From Desulfurococcaceae archaeon (GTDB lineage Archaea; Thermoproteota; Thermoprotei_A; Sulfolobales; Desulfurococcaceae), in the NCBI GenBank assembly GCA_038816475.1, contig JAWBAI010000002.1:96001-160000 (forward strand): a DNA stretch of 64,000 nucleotides. The letters are read 5' to 3'. Position numbers and translations under genes: made by a program. Positions within the stretch are counted from its first letter, which is position 1; each line of letters opens with the position of its first letter. Below, piece by piece: positions 49,459-59,169 of this stretch. The notes beneath the pieces are model-generated. The model searched no databases. It saw nothing but the letters and a program-made list of their open reading frames with translations, and was not told the DNA's origin.

Positions 49459-50346
49459 TTATCTTTTGATCTTGCTTATTAAGTAGTCTACGACTGTCTC
49501 GGGTGGATTCACTCCTGTAGCTCTTCTTAACCCCTCCCAGTGTGGAAACGCGTTTACCTCTAGTATGTAGTGCTTAGCTGTCTTCATATCGTATGCTATA
49601 TCCACTCCCGCGTAGTCTAATCCGATGGTTCTCGCTGCCTTCAACGCCAGGGAGAATACCTCGGGTTCTTCGCTCTCCTTTACAGGTACTCCTTGTGCTC
49701 CCTGTGCGATATTGGTTTTCCAGCTCTTGCTAACCCTCTTCATGGCCCCGATGACCTCATCGCCTACGACGAAGACTCTGTAGTCGTAACCCGGTTTCTC
49801 GAGGAACGCCTGGTAGTAGCTCGGTAATCCTATGTTTTTTAGCCCTCTAGTAATGTAGAAGGCTAAGTCACTATCACCAACTATCGTGCTTCCAAGACCA
49901 AGACTGCCCGTTAACGGCTTGTATACTACAATGTTCTTCTCCGAGACAAATCTCATTGCTGTGAACGGATTCTCTGTTACAAGGGTTTCTGGAACAGGTA
50001 AGTTGCTAAGCTTTAACCTCAGTAAACACCTGAACTTATCTCGAGCGGTAAGCGTTGCAGTAGGGTGATTAACCACTGGTATCATGGTAGCTAGCGCTTC
50101 TAGAACACCTAGTCTCTTGAGAAAAGTATCAAGGTTCATGAAAAGCCCTAGGTTTCTCAGTAATGCACCATCCATGTCCACTAATTGACCCTTGTGGTAA
50201 ACCTTTATACTGGTCTCGGAGAGAACAGCATCGAGCAAGTGCGTTTTTAAGTAAACCGGTTCATGACCCTTCGCTAGTACAGCATTTATTAGCTCCTTTG
50301 CAGTACCAGAGGGTTCTTTTCTGTACTCAATAACCCCGATCTTCAA
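49459..50346 (-). CDS. RimK-family ATP-grasp ligase
   Basis: RDKF, VPET, KPLTGSLG, DYRVFVVG, WKTNIAQGA, GVDI, LEVN. Confidence 0.9.
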   Translation of the reverse strand: MKIGVIEYRKEPSGTAKELINAVLAKGHEPVYLKTHLLDAVLSETSIKVYHKGQLVDMDGALLRNLGLFMNLDTFLKRLGVLEALATMIPVVNHPTATLTARDKFRCLLRLKLSNLPVPETLVTENPFTAMRFVSEKNIVVYKPLTGSLGLGSTIVGDSDLAFYITRGLKNIGLPSYYQAFLEKPGYDYRVFVVGDEVIGAMKRVSKSWKTNIAQGAQGVPVKESEEPEVFSLALKAARTIGLDYAGVDIAYDMKTAKHYILEVNAFPHWEGLRRATGVNPPETVVDYLISKIKR

Positions 50347-50693
50347 CTCGAAACCTCCCTTATTCTAGTAGCTGTTACAGCGTAAGTAGTAGAAGCCAAA
50401 GCTATACTTAGCATCACCACGGCCGAGTACATGTTCCTTGATGCTATATAGCCTAGTAGAGCACCTACACATGTTGCTATAGATAGAAGTAGTAGTAGTG
50501 CAGTTGCTTCTTTCTTTGTAAAGTACTTGTCTACGTGAATAGAGGTAGTAGCTACAATTGCTACGTATACCGCAAGACTCGCTGCAAGTATGCTGTAGCT
50601 TGTGCTGTAAACAGTGAACGCCACTGCGAACACTTGCACAATAGGTAGTATTAAAAACATCTTAGTGCTTTTACTCATCTGCTCACCTTTCAA
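50343..50693 (-). CDS. Small membrane protein (about 4 TM)
   Basis: Hydrophobic. Stop overlaps the rimK-like start. Confidence 0.7.
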   Translation of the reverse strand: MKGEQMSKSTKMFLILPIVQVFAVAFTVYSTSYSILAASLAVYVAIVATTSIHVDKYFTKKEATALLLLLSIATCVGALLGYIASRNMYSAVVMLSIALASTTYAVTATRIREVSS

Positions 50694-50734
50694 GGACTAC
50701 TTTGCCATGATAGGTTTTTATAATCGTTTAGAAT

Positions 50735-51664
50735 CTATCGCTGGGGTTCCATACGCGGTTTCAAGTGCGATAGTACGAACGCAATTATTGACAAGTATAT
50801 TCCAGCTTCGAGCGGATCAGTGTTGAGTACTAGTTCTAAGAGACCTTCTCTCCTGAACGCCTTAAGCTCCCTGAAGGCTCTGTCTTCTAGGCTAACGTAG
50901 GTCACTAGAAGAGGCTTTTTGCCTACAGAAGCTATTTCTGCATGTGGCGTGTAGACAGCTTCTATGCCCAACTCAGAAAGTACACGTGTTAAAAGTCTTG
51001 CCGGTGCTTCTAGTATTCTGCTTGAGGATACGTGAAGGCTGTTTAAAGCGAAGATCTTCTCTAGGATGGGAGTGTACTTCTCGATCAGAGACTTTGCTAC
51101 CACAGCGAAGCCTTCTTCTCCGTGAGTGAAGAGTCTTCTACTCCTCAGCTGAAGACTGTTCATGTAGTACTTCGAGTGTGCAAAAAACGTGGATAAACTG
51201 AGGAGGAGCGAGGTTTCGTAGTTATTTCTACCAGGGACCGTGTTCACGGAGTAGTGCTTTGCTAAGATTTTGTATCTTTCGTCAACCGGGTCTTGAGCAT
51301 AGGCTCTGTACTTAACTCCCAGTAGTCTCGCTGCTTGTAGACTACTGAACAGCTTTGAATACTCCTCGGCGCTGAAAACCACCATTGAAACATCTTCTCT
51401 GTAGGGTAATACGTAGAGTGAAGCGTCTTCCACATCCAGCAGTAGTGTGCTCTGAGACCTCATTGTTACGGAAAACCAGTAGGATATAGAAGCTGGCAGT
51501 AGTCCATACCCGGTGTACGCGTAGATAAGTGTCTCGGAAGAGCTGCTCGTTAAAAAATCAAGTATATCCTTTGCAACTTCCCTAGCTTTTTTCTCTATTC
51601 TTTCTATCTCCCCGAAAATCTGTTCTAGACGAGCGCTGTTTCTAAGCTCTTGCAGCAACTGCAT
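50735..51664 (-). CDS. Hypothetical protein, possibly a degenerate tandem SIS (sugar-phosphate-binding) fold
   Basis: [13 protein letters not shown]... and [12 protein letters not shown]... resemble SIS beta-alpha starts. Weak. Confidence 0.55.
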   Translation of the reverse strand: MQLLQELRNSARLEQIFGEIERIEKKAREVAKDILDFLTSSSSETLIYAYTGYGLLPASISYWFSVTMRSQSTLLLDVEDASLYVLPYREDVSMVVFSAEEYSKLFSSLQAARLLGVKYRAYAQDPVDERYKILAKHYSVNTVPGRNNYETSLLLSLSTFFAHSKYYMNSLQLRSRRLFTHGEEGFAVVAKSLIEKYTPILEKIFALNSLHVSSSRILEAPARLLTRVLSELGIEAVYTPHAEIASVGKKPLLVTYVSLEDRAFRELKAFRREGLLELVLNTDPLEAGIYLSIIAFVLSHLKPRMEPQR

Positions 51665-52446
51665 TTTCTTTCATCCGGTTCACTTGGTAACAACTCTACT
51701 ATGCGTGGTATAATCTTCTTAACCTTGGCTACGTTTTCATTCATGGTTTTTATTACTTCCTCTGCTGTTACCGGTTTCTCAGCCCATACGTCGTAGTCTG
51801 TTACCATGGCTATAGTTGCGTAGCATATTTGAGCTTCACATGCTAAGTTTATTTCAGGAACAAGTGTCATTCCAATTATGTCGGCTTTGAACACATCCTT
51901 CCATACTCTGCTCTCCGCTCTAGTACTAAATCTAGGACCCTCAATGCATACGTATGTTCCTTTTTCGTGCACTCTGATATCGGGGAATTCCAAGGCTACC
52001 TTGAGAATAATCTCTCTAAGGTGCTCGCAGAATGGATCAGCCATACTTACATGAGCTACTACTCCACCTTCGAAGAATGTGTGAGGTCTTATGCCTTTCG
52101 TCATGTCGATGAACTGATCGGGGACGACGAAGTCTCCTGGTCTATAGTCTTCTCTTAGACTACCAACAGCTGATACAGCTAGTATCCACTTGACTCCGAG
52201 AGTCTTCAACGCCCATATATTAGCACGATAGTTCACCCTGTGCGGAGGTATTCTGTGTCCTCTACCATGCCTTGCCAAAAAGGCTACTCTTCTCCCCTTT
52301 AGAACGCCGACGACGATGTTGTCACTGGGCATACCGTACGGTGTGTACACCTTGAGTTCCTTGACTTCCTCGATCCCCGGTAGTTCGTAGAGACCACTAC
52401 CACCGATTATACCTATTTCTGCTTTAACAGAGGGTTCAACGAGCAC
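51625..52446 (-). CDS. mtnP: 5'-methylthioadenosine phosphorylase
   Basis: [40 protein letters not shown]-terminal CSC. GTG 52446 preferred to the track start 52497. Confidence 0.95.
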   Translation of the reverse strand: MLVEPSVKAEIGIIGGSGLYELPGIEEVKELKVYTPYGMPSDNIVVGVLKGRRVAFLARHGRGHRIPPHRVNYRANIWALKTLGVKWILAVSAVGSLREDYRPGDFVVPDQFIDMTKGIRPHTFFEGGVVAHVSMADPFCEHLREIILKVALEFPDIRVHEKGTYVCIEGPRFSTRAESRVWKDVFKADIIGMTLVPEINLACEAQICYATIAMVTDYDVWAEKPVTAEEVIKTMNENVAKVKKIIPRIVELLPSEPDERKCSCCKSLETALV

Positions 52447-52450
52447 TTTT

Positions 52451-53146
52451 CTACACCGTAATGAGCCTGTACACTCCTCGTGCTTCATCGTGCTCAATTA
52501 TTCGCTTCTCGATTAGAACTCTTAGTGCACGCGTGTAGTAGACGTCACTAACATCAATACCATACCATTGTTTAAACCCTTCAACGATCTCACTGTACGT
52601 CCATTCCCGTTTTCCGGTTTCCTTGTAGGTTTCCGTTATCATTCTCTTAATGAACTGATAGGTATCCTCCAGCCTTGTCCAGGGGTACTGGAACCACGTC
52701 CACTCCTTGACCTCAATGTAGTAGTAATCCGGCTTGAACTTTGCCACCGGGCTAATCCACTGTAGTGCTGCTGTTCTCACATCCCTGGGGTTCCAGTTGT
52801 CTCGTATGTAGTCTCGAGCTAGCTTCAGTGTTTCACCGGTATCCACAATGTCGTCTACTACTAGAACCTTAAGTTCATCAGCGTTGACCTTGTACGGGAA
52901 TCTTAGTATGGCTTTTTCCTCCATTTTAGCTGCTTCAGTCCAGTGCTGGCTTTGAATGCTTAGTAAGTTCTCAACCCCTAGGAAATCGCAGATTAATCTT
53001 GCTGGAACGAATCCTCCTCGTGCAACCGCTACAACTATGTCTGGAATGTACCCGTCGTTGCGTATTATTTCAGCAAGATGCATTGACCAGTCTACTATCT
53101 CCTCCCAAGTAACAAGCTTAGTTTTAACACGCACCATGTCTATCAC
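52451..53146 (-). CDS. Purine phosphoribosyltransferase
   Basis: [30 protein letters not shown]. Confidence 0.9.
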   Translation of the reverse strand: MIDMVRVKTKLVTWEEIVDWSMHLAEIIRNDGYIPDIVVAVARGGFVPARLICDFLGVENLLSIQSQHWTEAAKMEEKAILRFPYKVNADELKVLVVDDIVDTGETLKLARDYIRDNWNPRDVRTAALQWISPVAKFKPDYYYIEVKEWTWFQYPWTRLEDTYQFIKRMITETYKETGKREWTYSEIVEGFKQWYGIDVSDVYYTRALRVLIEKRIIEHDEARGVYRLITV

Positions 53147-53181
53147 GTATATACTAAGTATTATCCTGGGGTATAAAGGGA

Positions 53182-53751
53182 TTAAGATTTGCTAGCTAGT
53201 ATGAGTCTGTAAGGTAGTGTAAACCCTCTTCCACCAAGGTGTAGAAGAACTTTACCGCCTTTCGCTAAATCCCAGCCATACCTGGTGTAAACATCCTCTC
53301 TCACATGTACTGCAAGAACCTCTGCTATGAACAAGGCTGTGTCGTCGAGTGCGATCTCCTTCACGACCTTGCATTCGAGAAACCCCAGCATATCAGCTAA
53401 CCCAGGTGTTTGTATCCTCGTTGAGTTAACGGTTTTTAGTCCAAGCAGTGAAAGCTTATCTACTTCGCGTCCACTCATAGTACCAGCTTTGTACACTACG
53501 TTAACGTGGTTCTCTGATGGTACATTGATCGTGAACTCACCGGTTTCCCTTATCAGTTGATAAGTAAAGCTACCAGTCCATATGGAGAGTGCTACCAGAA
53601 ATGGTTCATCCGAAACAGGTGTAACCCAGGATGCTGACATCACGTTCAACTTACCGCTACTGCTTCTCGCTACAATAAGGTACACGGGTCTCGGGTGTAG
53701 AACATGGTAATCTCTGGGGTCAATGGTTCTATACACGTAGACACCATCCAT
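53182..53751 (-). CDS. Flavin reductase-like (flavoredoxin) protein
   Basis: LHPRPVYLI, NVMSASW, GEFTINVP, GTMSGR.VDK, LHLGG. Confidence 0.88.
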   Translation of the reverse strand: MDGVYVYRTIDPRDYHVLHPRPVYLIVARSSSGKLNVMSASWVTPVSDEPFLVALSIWTGSFTYQLIRETGEFTINVPSENHVNVVYKAGTMSGREVDKLSLLGLKTVNSTRIQTPGLADMLGFLECKVVKEIALDDTALFIAEVLAVHVREDVYTRYGWDLAKGGKVLLHLGGRGFTLPYRLILASKS

Positions 53752-53855
53752 GCTTAAGTCGAAGCATAGTAATATGTTTTAGCGATAAACACCGTGAAAC
53801 GAGTGAAAATTAAAACTAAAAACCGATCCATACTACTGGAAATATAATGGGAGCT

Positions 53856-53940
53856 GCGGGGGTGCCCGAGCTTGGTCAAAGGGGTCGGGCTCAGGACCCG
53901 ATGGCGTAGGCCTGCGTGGGTTCAAATCCCACCCCCCGCA
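53856..53940 (+). tRNA. tRNA-Leu (anticodon CAG), no intron, CCA not encoded
   Basis: Acceptor GCGGGGG/CCCCCGC-A, anticodon arm TCGGG-CTCAGGA-CCCGA, long variable arm, T arm GTGGG-TTCAAAT-CCCAC. Confidence 0.97.
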
Positions 53941-54119
53941 CTTCTGCTTCACAAAGAAGTTTAACTACCTCCTCAACTAGCGTCTTAACCATTTGCTTCA
54001 GGTTTCGTTTACGGAACCTGCAGTTAAGCTGGCCTTCGACGACCAAGGCTATAGTTAAGCTTAAACCTTCAACGCTTCTCGGTGAGCAACCGTTCAGCGG
54101 GGGATCTTAATAGAGAATT

Positions 54120-54465
54120 CCATATTTTGTGGGGAACTACACTGTTGAAAATGGTGAAACATTGTACGCAAACATCGAGTAGGTTACGGAGATCTACACT
54201 TAATTCTACATAGGCAAAGTAGTGTTGTCAAGAGGTCGTCAATATAGCTCAATGAAGAAAACTTGATAGTTCGCACTCATCGAGGTATTGTGCAACAACG
54301 GAATTCACAGATGCAACAACACCGCATTGAACGCATAGTGAATACAATTATCACAGAAGAAAATGACGGTTATTGATACAACGGGGACAGCAAGTTTGAT
54401 GCGCCCAATGATGCCCGTGGTCTTCGTCATAATTGCTATCACCATATGATTGGTGAGATCAACTA
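54120..54465 (+). pseudogene. Probable decayed ORF remnants
   Basis: Protein-like stretches interrupted by stops (PYFVGNYTVENGETLYANIE*VTEIYT*FYIGKVV... and PMMPVVFVIIAITI*). Confidence 0.35.
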
Positions 54466-54517
54466 GTTCTCTATCCTTTTCTTCTCATTTCGATATTGAT
54501 GTTTCTGGTGTGGTTTT

Positions 54518-55549
54518 GTGCTACGGAAGCGCGTACGTTTGGTAGTGCTAGTAGTCGTGGTTGCGCTCGTCGCTCTCACTTTGGGATTTACATATGTAGA
54601 TAGGAGTGTTACGGTTGGTGTTTACTTCTATGTGTGGTACTCTTCCGATGGAAGACACTGGGATCCCAGCATGGATCCCGCTTGGGCTGTTGTTGAGCAA
54701 CCTGTCATAAGATTCTACGATTCGCGGGATGAGCGCGTGATACGGTGGCAGCTGAAGCTTATAAAAGATGCAGGAGTAGACTTCATTGTGATCAGCTGGT
54801 GGGGTCCAGGAAGCTTCGAGGACGAGGCGGCCAAGGCTGTTATTAAGCATCTGAGAAAGTATGGATTAAAATTCGCAATCCTGGTTGAACCATACCTAGG
54901 TAATGAGCCAGCCCTCTACAACAGGAGTTTCTGGGAGAACACTACCAGATACATTAGAGTGAACTACATAGAACCCTACGGAGACCTCTACTTTCACCTA
55001 CACGGTAAACCACTCATTCTCGCGTTCAACCCCATTGGTTTATCGTATAGACCAGACGCTGACTTTCCAGAGTTCACTATAAGGATCACGGGAAACGATA
55101 TCGATAACGCTAAATACCAGGACTGGGATTACTGGCCTGACTACCTACTACACTCAGACAGCGTTGAGCTCAGGGTGAGAAGAGACAACATGGTCTCGAT
55201 AATCCCGCGATACTGTGACATTCATTTTAGAACACCAGGGGCGTGCTTGGATCCAGACCTCACGCAGGGCTTCTACAGAAAGCAGTGGGAGTGGATACTC
55301 AGGAACGCGGACAAGGTGAGCATAGTCATGATTACAAGCTGGAACGAGTATCATGAGAGAACTCAGATAGAGCCAAGCTTTTCGAACCAAACGGCAGATC
55401 CATGGTTCCTCTACAACAAAACAAAGGAGTACATAGCACTCCTAAGGCGCAGAAGTACCATGATCAACCTAGTCGTAGTGACCGTGCTCGTATTCATTGC
55501 TGCAATCGTTATGAAGCATGCATTAGGTTTCATTAAGAAGATAGTTTAA
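54518..55549 (+). CDS. Membrane-anchored GH99-like (GH71/99 clan) glycoside hydrolase
   Basis: N-terminal signal/TM, YFYVWY, YDS.D, AGVDFIVISWWG, ILVEPY, ITSWNEYHERTQIEP (GH99 ExxE pair), C-terminal TM. Confidence 0.82.
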   Translation: MLRKRVRLVVLVVVVALVALTLGFTYVDRSVTVGVYFYVWYSSDGRHWDPSMDPAWAVVEQPVIRFYDSRDERVIRWQLKLIKDAGVDFIVISWWGPGSFEDEAAKAVIKHLRKYGLKFAILVEPYLGNEPALYNRSFWENTTRYIRVNYIEPYGDLYFHLHGKPLILAFNPIGLSYRPDADFPEFTIRITGNDIDNAKYQDWDYWPDYLLHSDSVELRVRRDNMVSIIPRYCDIHFRTPGACLDPDLTQGFYRKQWEWILRNADKVSIVMITSWNEYHERTQIEPSFSNQTADPWFLYNKTKEYIALLRRRSTMINLVVVTVLVFIAAIVMKHALGFIKKIV

Positions 55550-55975
55550 GATAGCGTAGCACTGCATACACCTGCCTAAACGATGCACTCAACAGCCTAC
55601 CGTATTTACTGATCCACGTCCACAAGGCGACGTAGCGAGATCAGTAAAATACCTACGCTAACATGGGTTCTTCAAGAAGATGCATGCACGCTGGTCGATT
55701 AAAGCTGTTCAGCGGGTACAACATAACTTTTCCTCTTCCACCTCCATAGCATGTTTTAGATGGAGGCGTGCTTAAGCCTGTGAAGATAGCAGGTACTACT
55801 GTAGAGTTGTTATCAAAAAGAGTACCCGTATATCACTACTACTCTTCACAGTTCACGTGCACCGGTCGTCATCATCGTGTGTTGTTAACATGATAGCACA
55901 TATAGCTCTAAACACTGTAGCCAGATTTCTTGTGGATACCGCGTTAACCGATAAGAAAAGGAGTGAGGTGTATTT

Positions 55976-56071
55976 GTGTGGTCTGCAACGAGTACTGTGA
56001 TCACTGCTGCTGTGCTGACAGTGCTCTACACGTTCATGGTTCTAATAGCAATACTAGCTGTTGCTCCTTGA
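55976..56071 (+). CDS. Candidate 31-aa single-TM microprotein
   Basis: GTG start 5 nt after GAGGTG. MWSATSTVITAAVLTVLYTFMVLIAILAVAP. Confidence 0.45.
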   Translation: MWSATSTVITAAVLTVLYTFMVLIAILAVAP

Positions 56072-56195
56072 CCATAGCATAAAATCCCATCTGTTCACAT
56101 ACTCATTCATGTGGGAATTAGTTACCGTGATAACCACGTAAGTTAGTCTTTTTTACCACTAAGACCATTGTTGAAATCTGGCTGGGTGTGTAAGT

Positions 56196-56936
56196 ATGGG
56201 ATTCCCAGTAGCTGCAGCGTACGATCGAGCAATAACGATATTCTCGCCAGACGGTAGAGTATACCAAGTGGAGTACGCTTTTGAAGCTGTAAGAAGAGGT
56301 TGGACTACTCTAGGTTTGAAAACAAGAACAGCGTCTGTCGTAGTTGCTGAAAAAAGGAAGATATCACCGCTCTCTGATGAAACAACTATTCAGAAGATAT
56401 TCAAAATAGACGATCACGTGGGCGCGAGCTATGCTGGTATGGCTGGTGATGGAAGAATTCTGATCGACTACGCCATATACCAGGCGCTACTGTACAGATT
56501 CTACTACGATGAACCCATACCAGTAGAGTACATTACTAAGCTCGTATGCGATGTAAAGCAGATGTATACACAGCATGCTGGTGTAAGACCATTCGGTGTA
56601 TCCATAATATTCTCCGGCGTAGACGATAAGGGTCCACAGCTATTCATGACTGAGCCTAGTGGAAGATACCTAGGTTACTACGCTACAGCTATAGGTGAGA
56701 AGAGCAACGTTGTCCTCGAGTACCTGGAGAAGAACTACAGATACGACTTAGACGTTAAGGATACAATAAAGCTAGCACTTCTAACGATTATCAACATAAT
56801 TGAGTCTAAACCATACGAGAATTTCATTGAGATTGGTTACGCTGATATACACAACAGGAAGTTCATGGTTCTCAAACCGGAGGAGGTAAGAGCATATATC
56901 AAGGAACTAGAGAGCGAAGGTAAGATAAAAAGCTGA
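56196..56936 (+). CDS. psmA: Proteasome alpha subunit
   Basis: YDRAITIFSPDGRVYQVEYA, GVRPFGVS. Confidence 0.97.
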   Translation: MGFPVAAAYDRAITIFSPDGRVYQVEYAFEAVRRGWTTLGLKTRTASVVVAEKRKISPLSDETTIQKIFKIDDHVGASYAGMAGDGRILIDYAIYQALLYRFYYDEPIPVEYITKLVCDVKQMYTQHAGVRPFGVSIIFSGVDDKGPQLFMTEPSGRYLGYYATAIGEKSNVVLEYLEKNYRYDLDVKDTIKLALLTIINIIESKPYENFIEIGYADIHNRKFMVLKPEEVRAYIKELESEGKIKS

Positions 56937-57013
56937 AATAGACTATTATAATCACAGGTTTTACGTGCACTGAGAGTCTTTTAAGTCTACTTTTACAGCT
57001 TTGGTGTAACCCC

Positions 57014-57709
57014 TTGAAGGAAAAACACGTTATTGCACGCTTTGAAGCAAAGGGACATAGGTTCGAGATCCTCGTAGATCCCGATAAAGCTCTGCAACTT
57101 AGAGAAGGTAAAAGCATTAGCATAGATGAAGTCCTGGTCAGCGACTTTGTGTACAAGGATGCAAAGAAAGGCCTCAAGGCTTCTCCTGAGTCCATGAGAG
57201 CCGTGTTTGGTACGGATGATCCCAGAACAGTTGCACTGGAGATAATAAAGAGAGGTGAAATTCAGCTCACAGCAGAACAACGTCGTAAGCTAATAGAGGA
57301 GAAGAAAGCTCAGATCCTTAACCTCATAGCGAGAAACGTTGTTGACCCTAAGACGAAGCTCCCAATACCCGTTAAAAGACTAGAACTAGCCATGGAGCAA
57401 GCCAGGGTCTCAGTGGATCCCTTTAAACCAGCTGAACAGCAGCTCGAAGACATTATTTCGCAGCTGGCTAAGGTTATTCCTATAAAGGTGGCAAAAGCCT
57501 ACGTTGCTGTAAAACTACCCTCTGATGTTGCTAGTAGAGGTCTTAAAATGCTTCAGGGGATGGGAACAGTTAAGAAAACGGTTTGGCTTAGTGATGGAAG
57601 CTTGAATGTGGAACTCGAAATACCTGCTGGACTACAGCAGGAGTTAATAGACAGAGTTAACGCTTTGACCAAGGGTCGAGGAGATGTTAAAATAATCAGC
57701 GTGGTGTAA
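57014..57709 (+). CDS. sdo1: Ribosome maturation factor SBDS/Sdo1
   Basis: RFEILVDP, VYKDAKKG.KAS, QLTAEQRR, DPFKPAEQQ. Confidence 0.95.
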   Translation: MKEKHVIARFEAKGHRFEILVDPDKALQLREGKSISIDEVLVSDFVYKDAKKGLKASPESMRAVFGTDDPRTVALEIIKRGEIQLTAEQRRKLIEEKKAQILNLIARNVVDPKTKLPIPVKRLELAMEQARVSVDPFKPAEQQLEDIISQLAKVIPIKVAKAYVAVKLPSDVASRGLKMLQGMGTVKKTVWLSDGSLNVELEIPAGLQQELIDRVNALTKGRGDVKIISVV

Positions 57710-57713
57710 CTCT

Positions 57714-58439
57714 ATGAAGCTTATCGTGGCAGATAGACAGCTTGTTAGACCGGGAGACTGCATCGCTGTGCTCGAGGAAAACGAGGTTGTTCCAGGAGCA
57801 GAGCTTAGGCATTTCCCCGAAAAGCACATCTACATTGTAGGAAACAAGGTTTACAGCGACGTACTTGGAGTTGTAAGCGTTGAAGACAAGAACATCAGTA
57901 TTATACCACTAGAGGGTGTTTACACACCACGAAAGGATGATCTCGTAATTGGAGTCGTGGTCGATGTGGGTTTATCATCATGGTTTGTTGATATAAAAGC
58001 ACCTTACAAAGCTATTCTTCCAGCGAGTGATGTCATAGAGGGGTTTAACCCAGCTGTACACAACCTGAGAAACTACCTAGATACAGGAGACTTCGTACTG
58101 GCTAAAATAGCGTCTTTCGATAGGCTTCGAGACCCTGTTCTAACTGTTAAGGGTAAAGGACTTGGTAAGATCGTTGATGGTTTTGTAATTGATATAAAGC
58201 CGAGCAAAGTTGCCAGAGTCATAGGTAGGAAGGGTAGTATGTTCAACGTACTAACTTCTCTGACTAAGTGCGAGCTTACCATAGGATTAAACGGGTACAT
58301 ATGGGCTAAATGCCCCAGTGAACAGTCCCTTAAAGCACTAGTAAAGTCTGTAAGATTAATAGAAGCTAAAGCACACTTAAGAGGTCTCACAGAAGAGGTG
58401 AAAATGCTTCTAGAATCAGAAATGGGTGTATACAAGTGA
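57714..58439 (+). CDS. rrp4: Exosome RNA-binding subunit Rrp4
   Basis: V.PGD, Y.P..DDLVIG (S1), [12 protein letters not shown] (KH), GLNGYIW. Confidence 0.95.
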   Translation: MKLIVADRQLVRPGDCIAVLEENEVVPGAELRHFPEKHIYIVGNKVYSDVLGVVSVEDKNISIIPLEGVYTPRKDDLVIGVVVDVGLSSWFVDIKAPYKAILPASDVIEGFNPAVHNLRNYLDTGDFVLAKIASFDRLRDPVLTVKGKGLGKIVDGFVIDIKPSKVARVIGRKGSMFNVLTSLTKCELTIGLNGYIWAKCPSEQSLKALVKSVRLIEAKAHLRGLTEEVKMLLESEMGVYK

Positions 58440-59167
58440 GTAGTAAACCGGTGTTGATTAGAGAAGATGGAACTCGAGTAGATGGTCGAAAACCAGATGA
58501 ACTTCGCCCTGTTAGGATAACCGTGGGTGTTCTAAAGAACGCTAATGGAAGCGCGCTAGTGGAGTACGGTGGTACAAAAGTACTTGCAGCTGTGTATGGT
58601 CCAAGGGAAGTACTACCAAGGCACATAGCTCTACCGGACAGAGCTGTTCTAAGAGTAAGGTACCACATGGCTCCCTTCTCAACAGAGGAGCGTAAAAGTC
58701 CTGCTCCAACGCGGAGAGAAATAGAGCTTTCAAAGGTTATAAGAGAAGCTCTAGAGGCTGTTGTTTTCACGTACATGTTTCCTCGTTCTGGTATAGACGT
58801 GTTTATTGAGGTACTACAAGCTGATGGAGGAACGAGAACTGCTGGTTTAACAGCAGCTTCAGTAGCTCTGGCTGATGCTGGTATTCCAATGAAGGACTTA
58901 GCGATAGGAGTAGCCATAGGCAAGGTCAACGGAACCCTGGTCGTAGACGTGAACGAGCTTGAAGACCAGTACGGGGAAGCCGATATGCCCGTAGGGATAC
59001 TACCAAACTTAAACGAGGTTGTACTACTCCAGTTGAACGGTGTACTAACACCGGAAGAGTTCAACAAGGCGATTAGCTTAGCATTCTCAGCTGCTGAGCA
59101 CATATACAAAATTGCTAAAGAAGCTCTTTACCTAAAGTACTTAAAAATGGCTGAGGAGGCTAGATAA
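58436..59167 (+). CDS. rrp41: Exosome exonuclease Rrp41
   Basis: [36 protein letters not shown]. Confidence 0.97.
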   Translation: MSSKPVLIREDGTRVDGRKPDELRPVRITVGVLKNANGSALVEYGGTKVLAAVYGPREVLPRHIALPDRAVLRVRYHMAPFSTEERKSPAPTRREIELSKVIREALEAVVFTYMFPRSGIDVFIEVLQADGGTRTAGLTAASVALADAGIPMKDLAIGVAIGKVNGTLVVDVNELEDQYGEADMPVGILPNLNEVVLLQLNGVLTPEEFNKAISLAFSAAEHIYKIAKEALYLKYLKMAEEAR

Positions 59168-59169
59168 CT

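Noticed and set aside
53916-54110. 64-aa plus-strand ORF
   Set aside because: Starts inside the tRNA T arm. Artefact.
56082-56089. AAATCCCA as an att repeat of the tRNA 3' end
   Set aside because: Only 8 nt identity, too short to define an attachment site.
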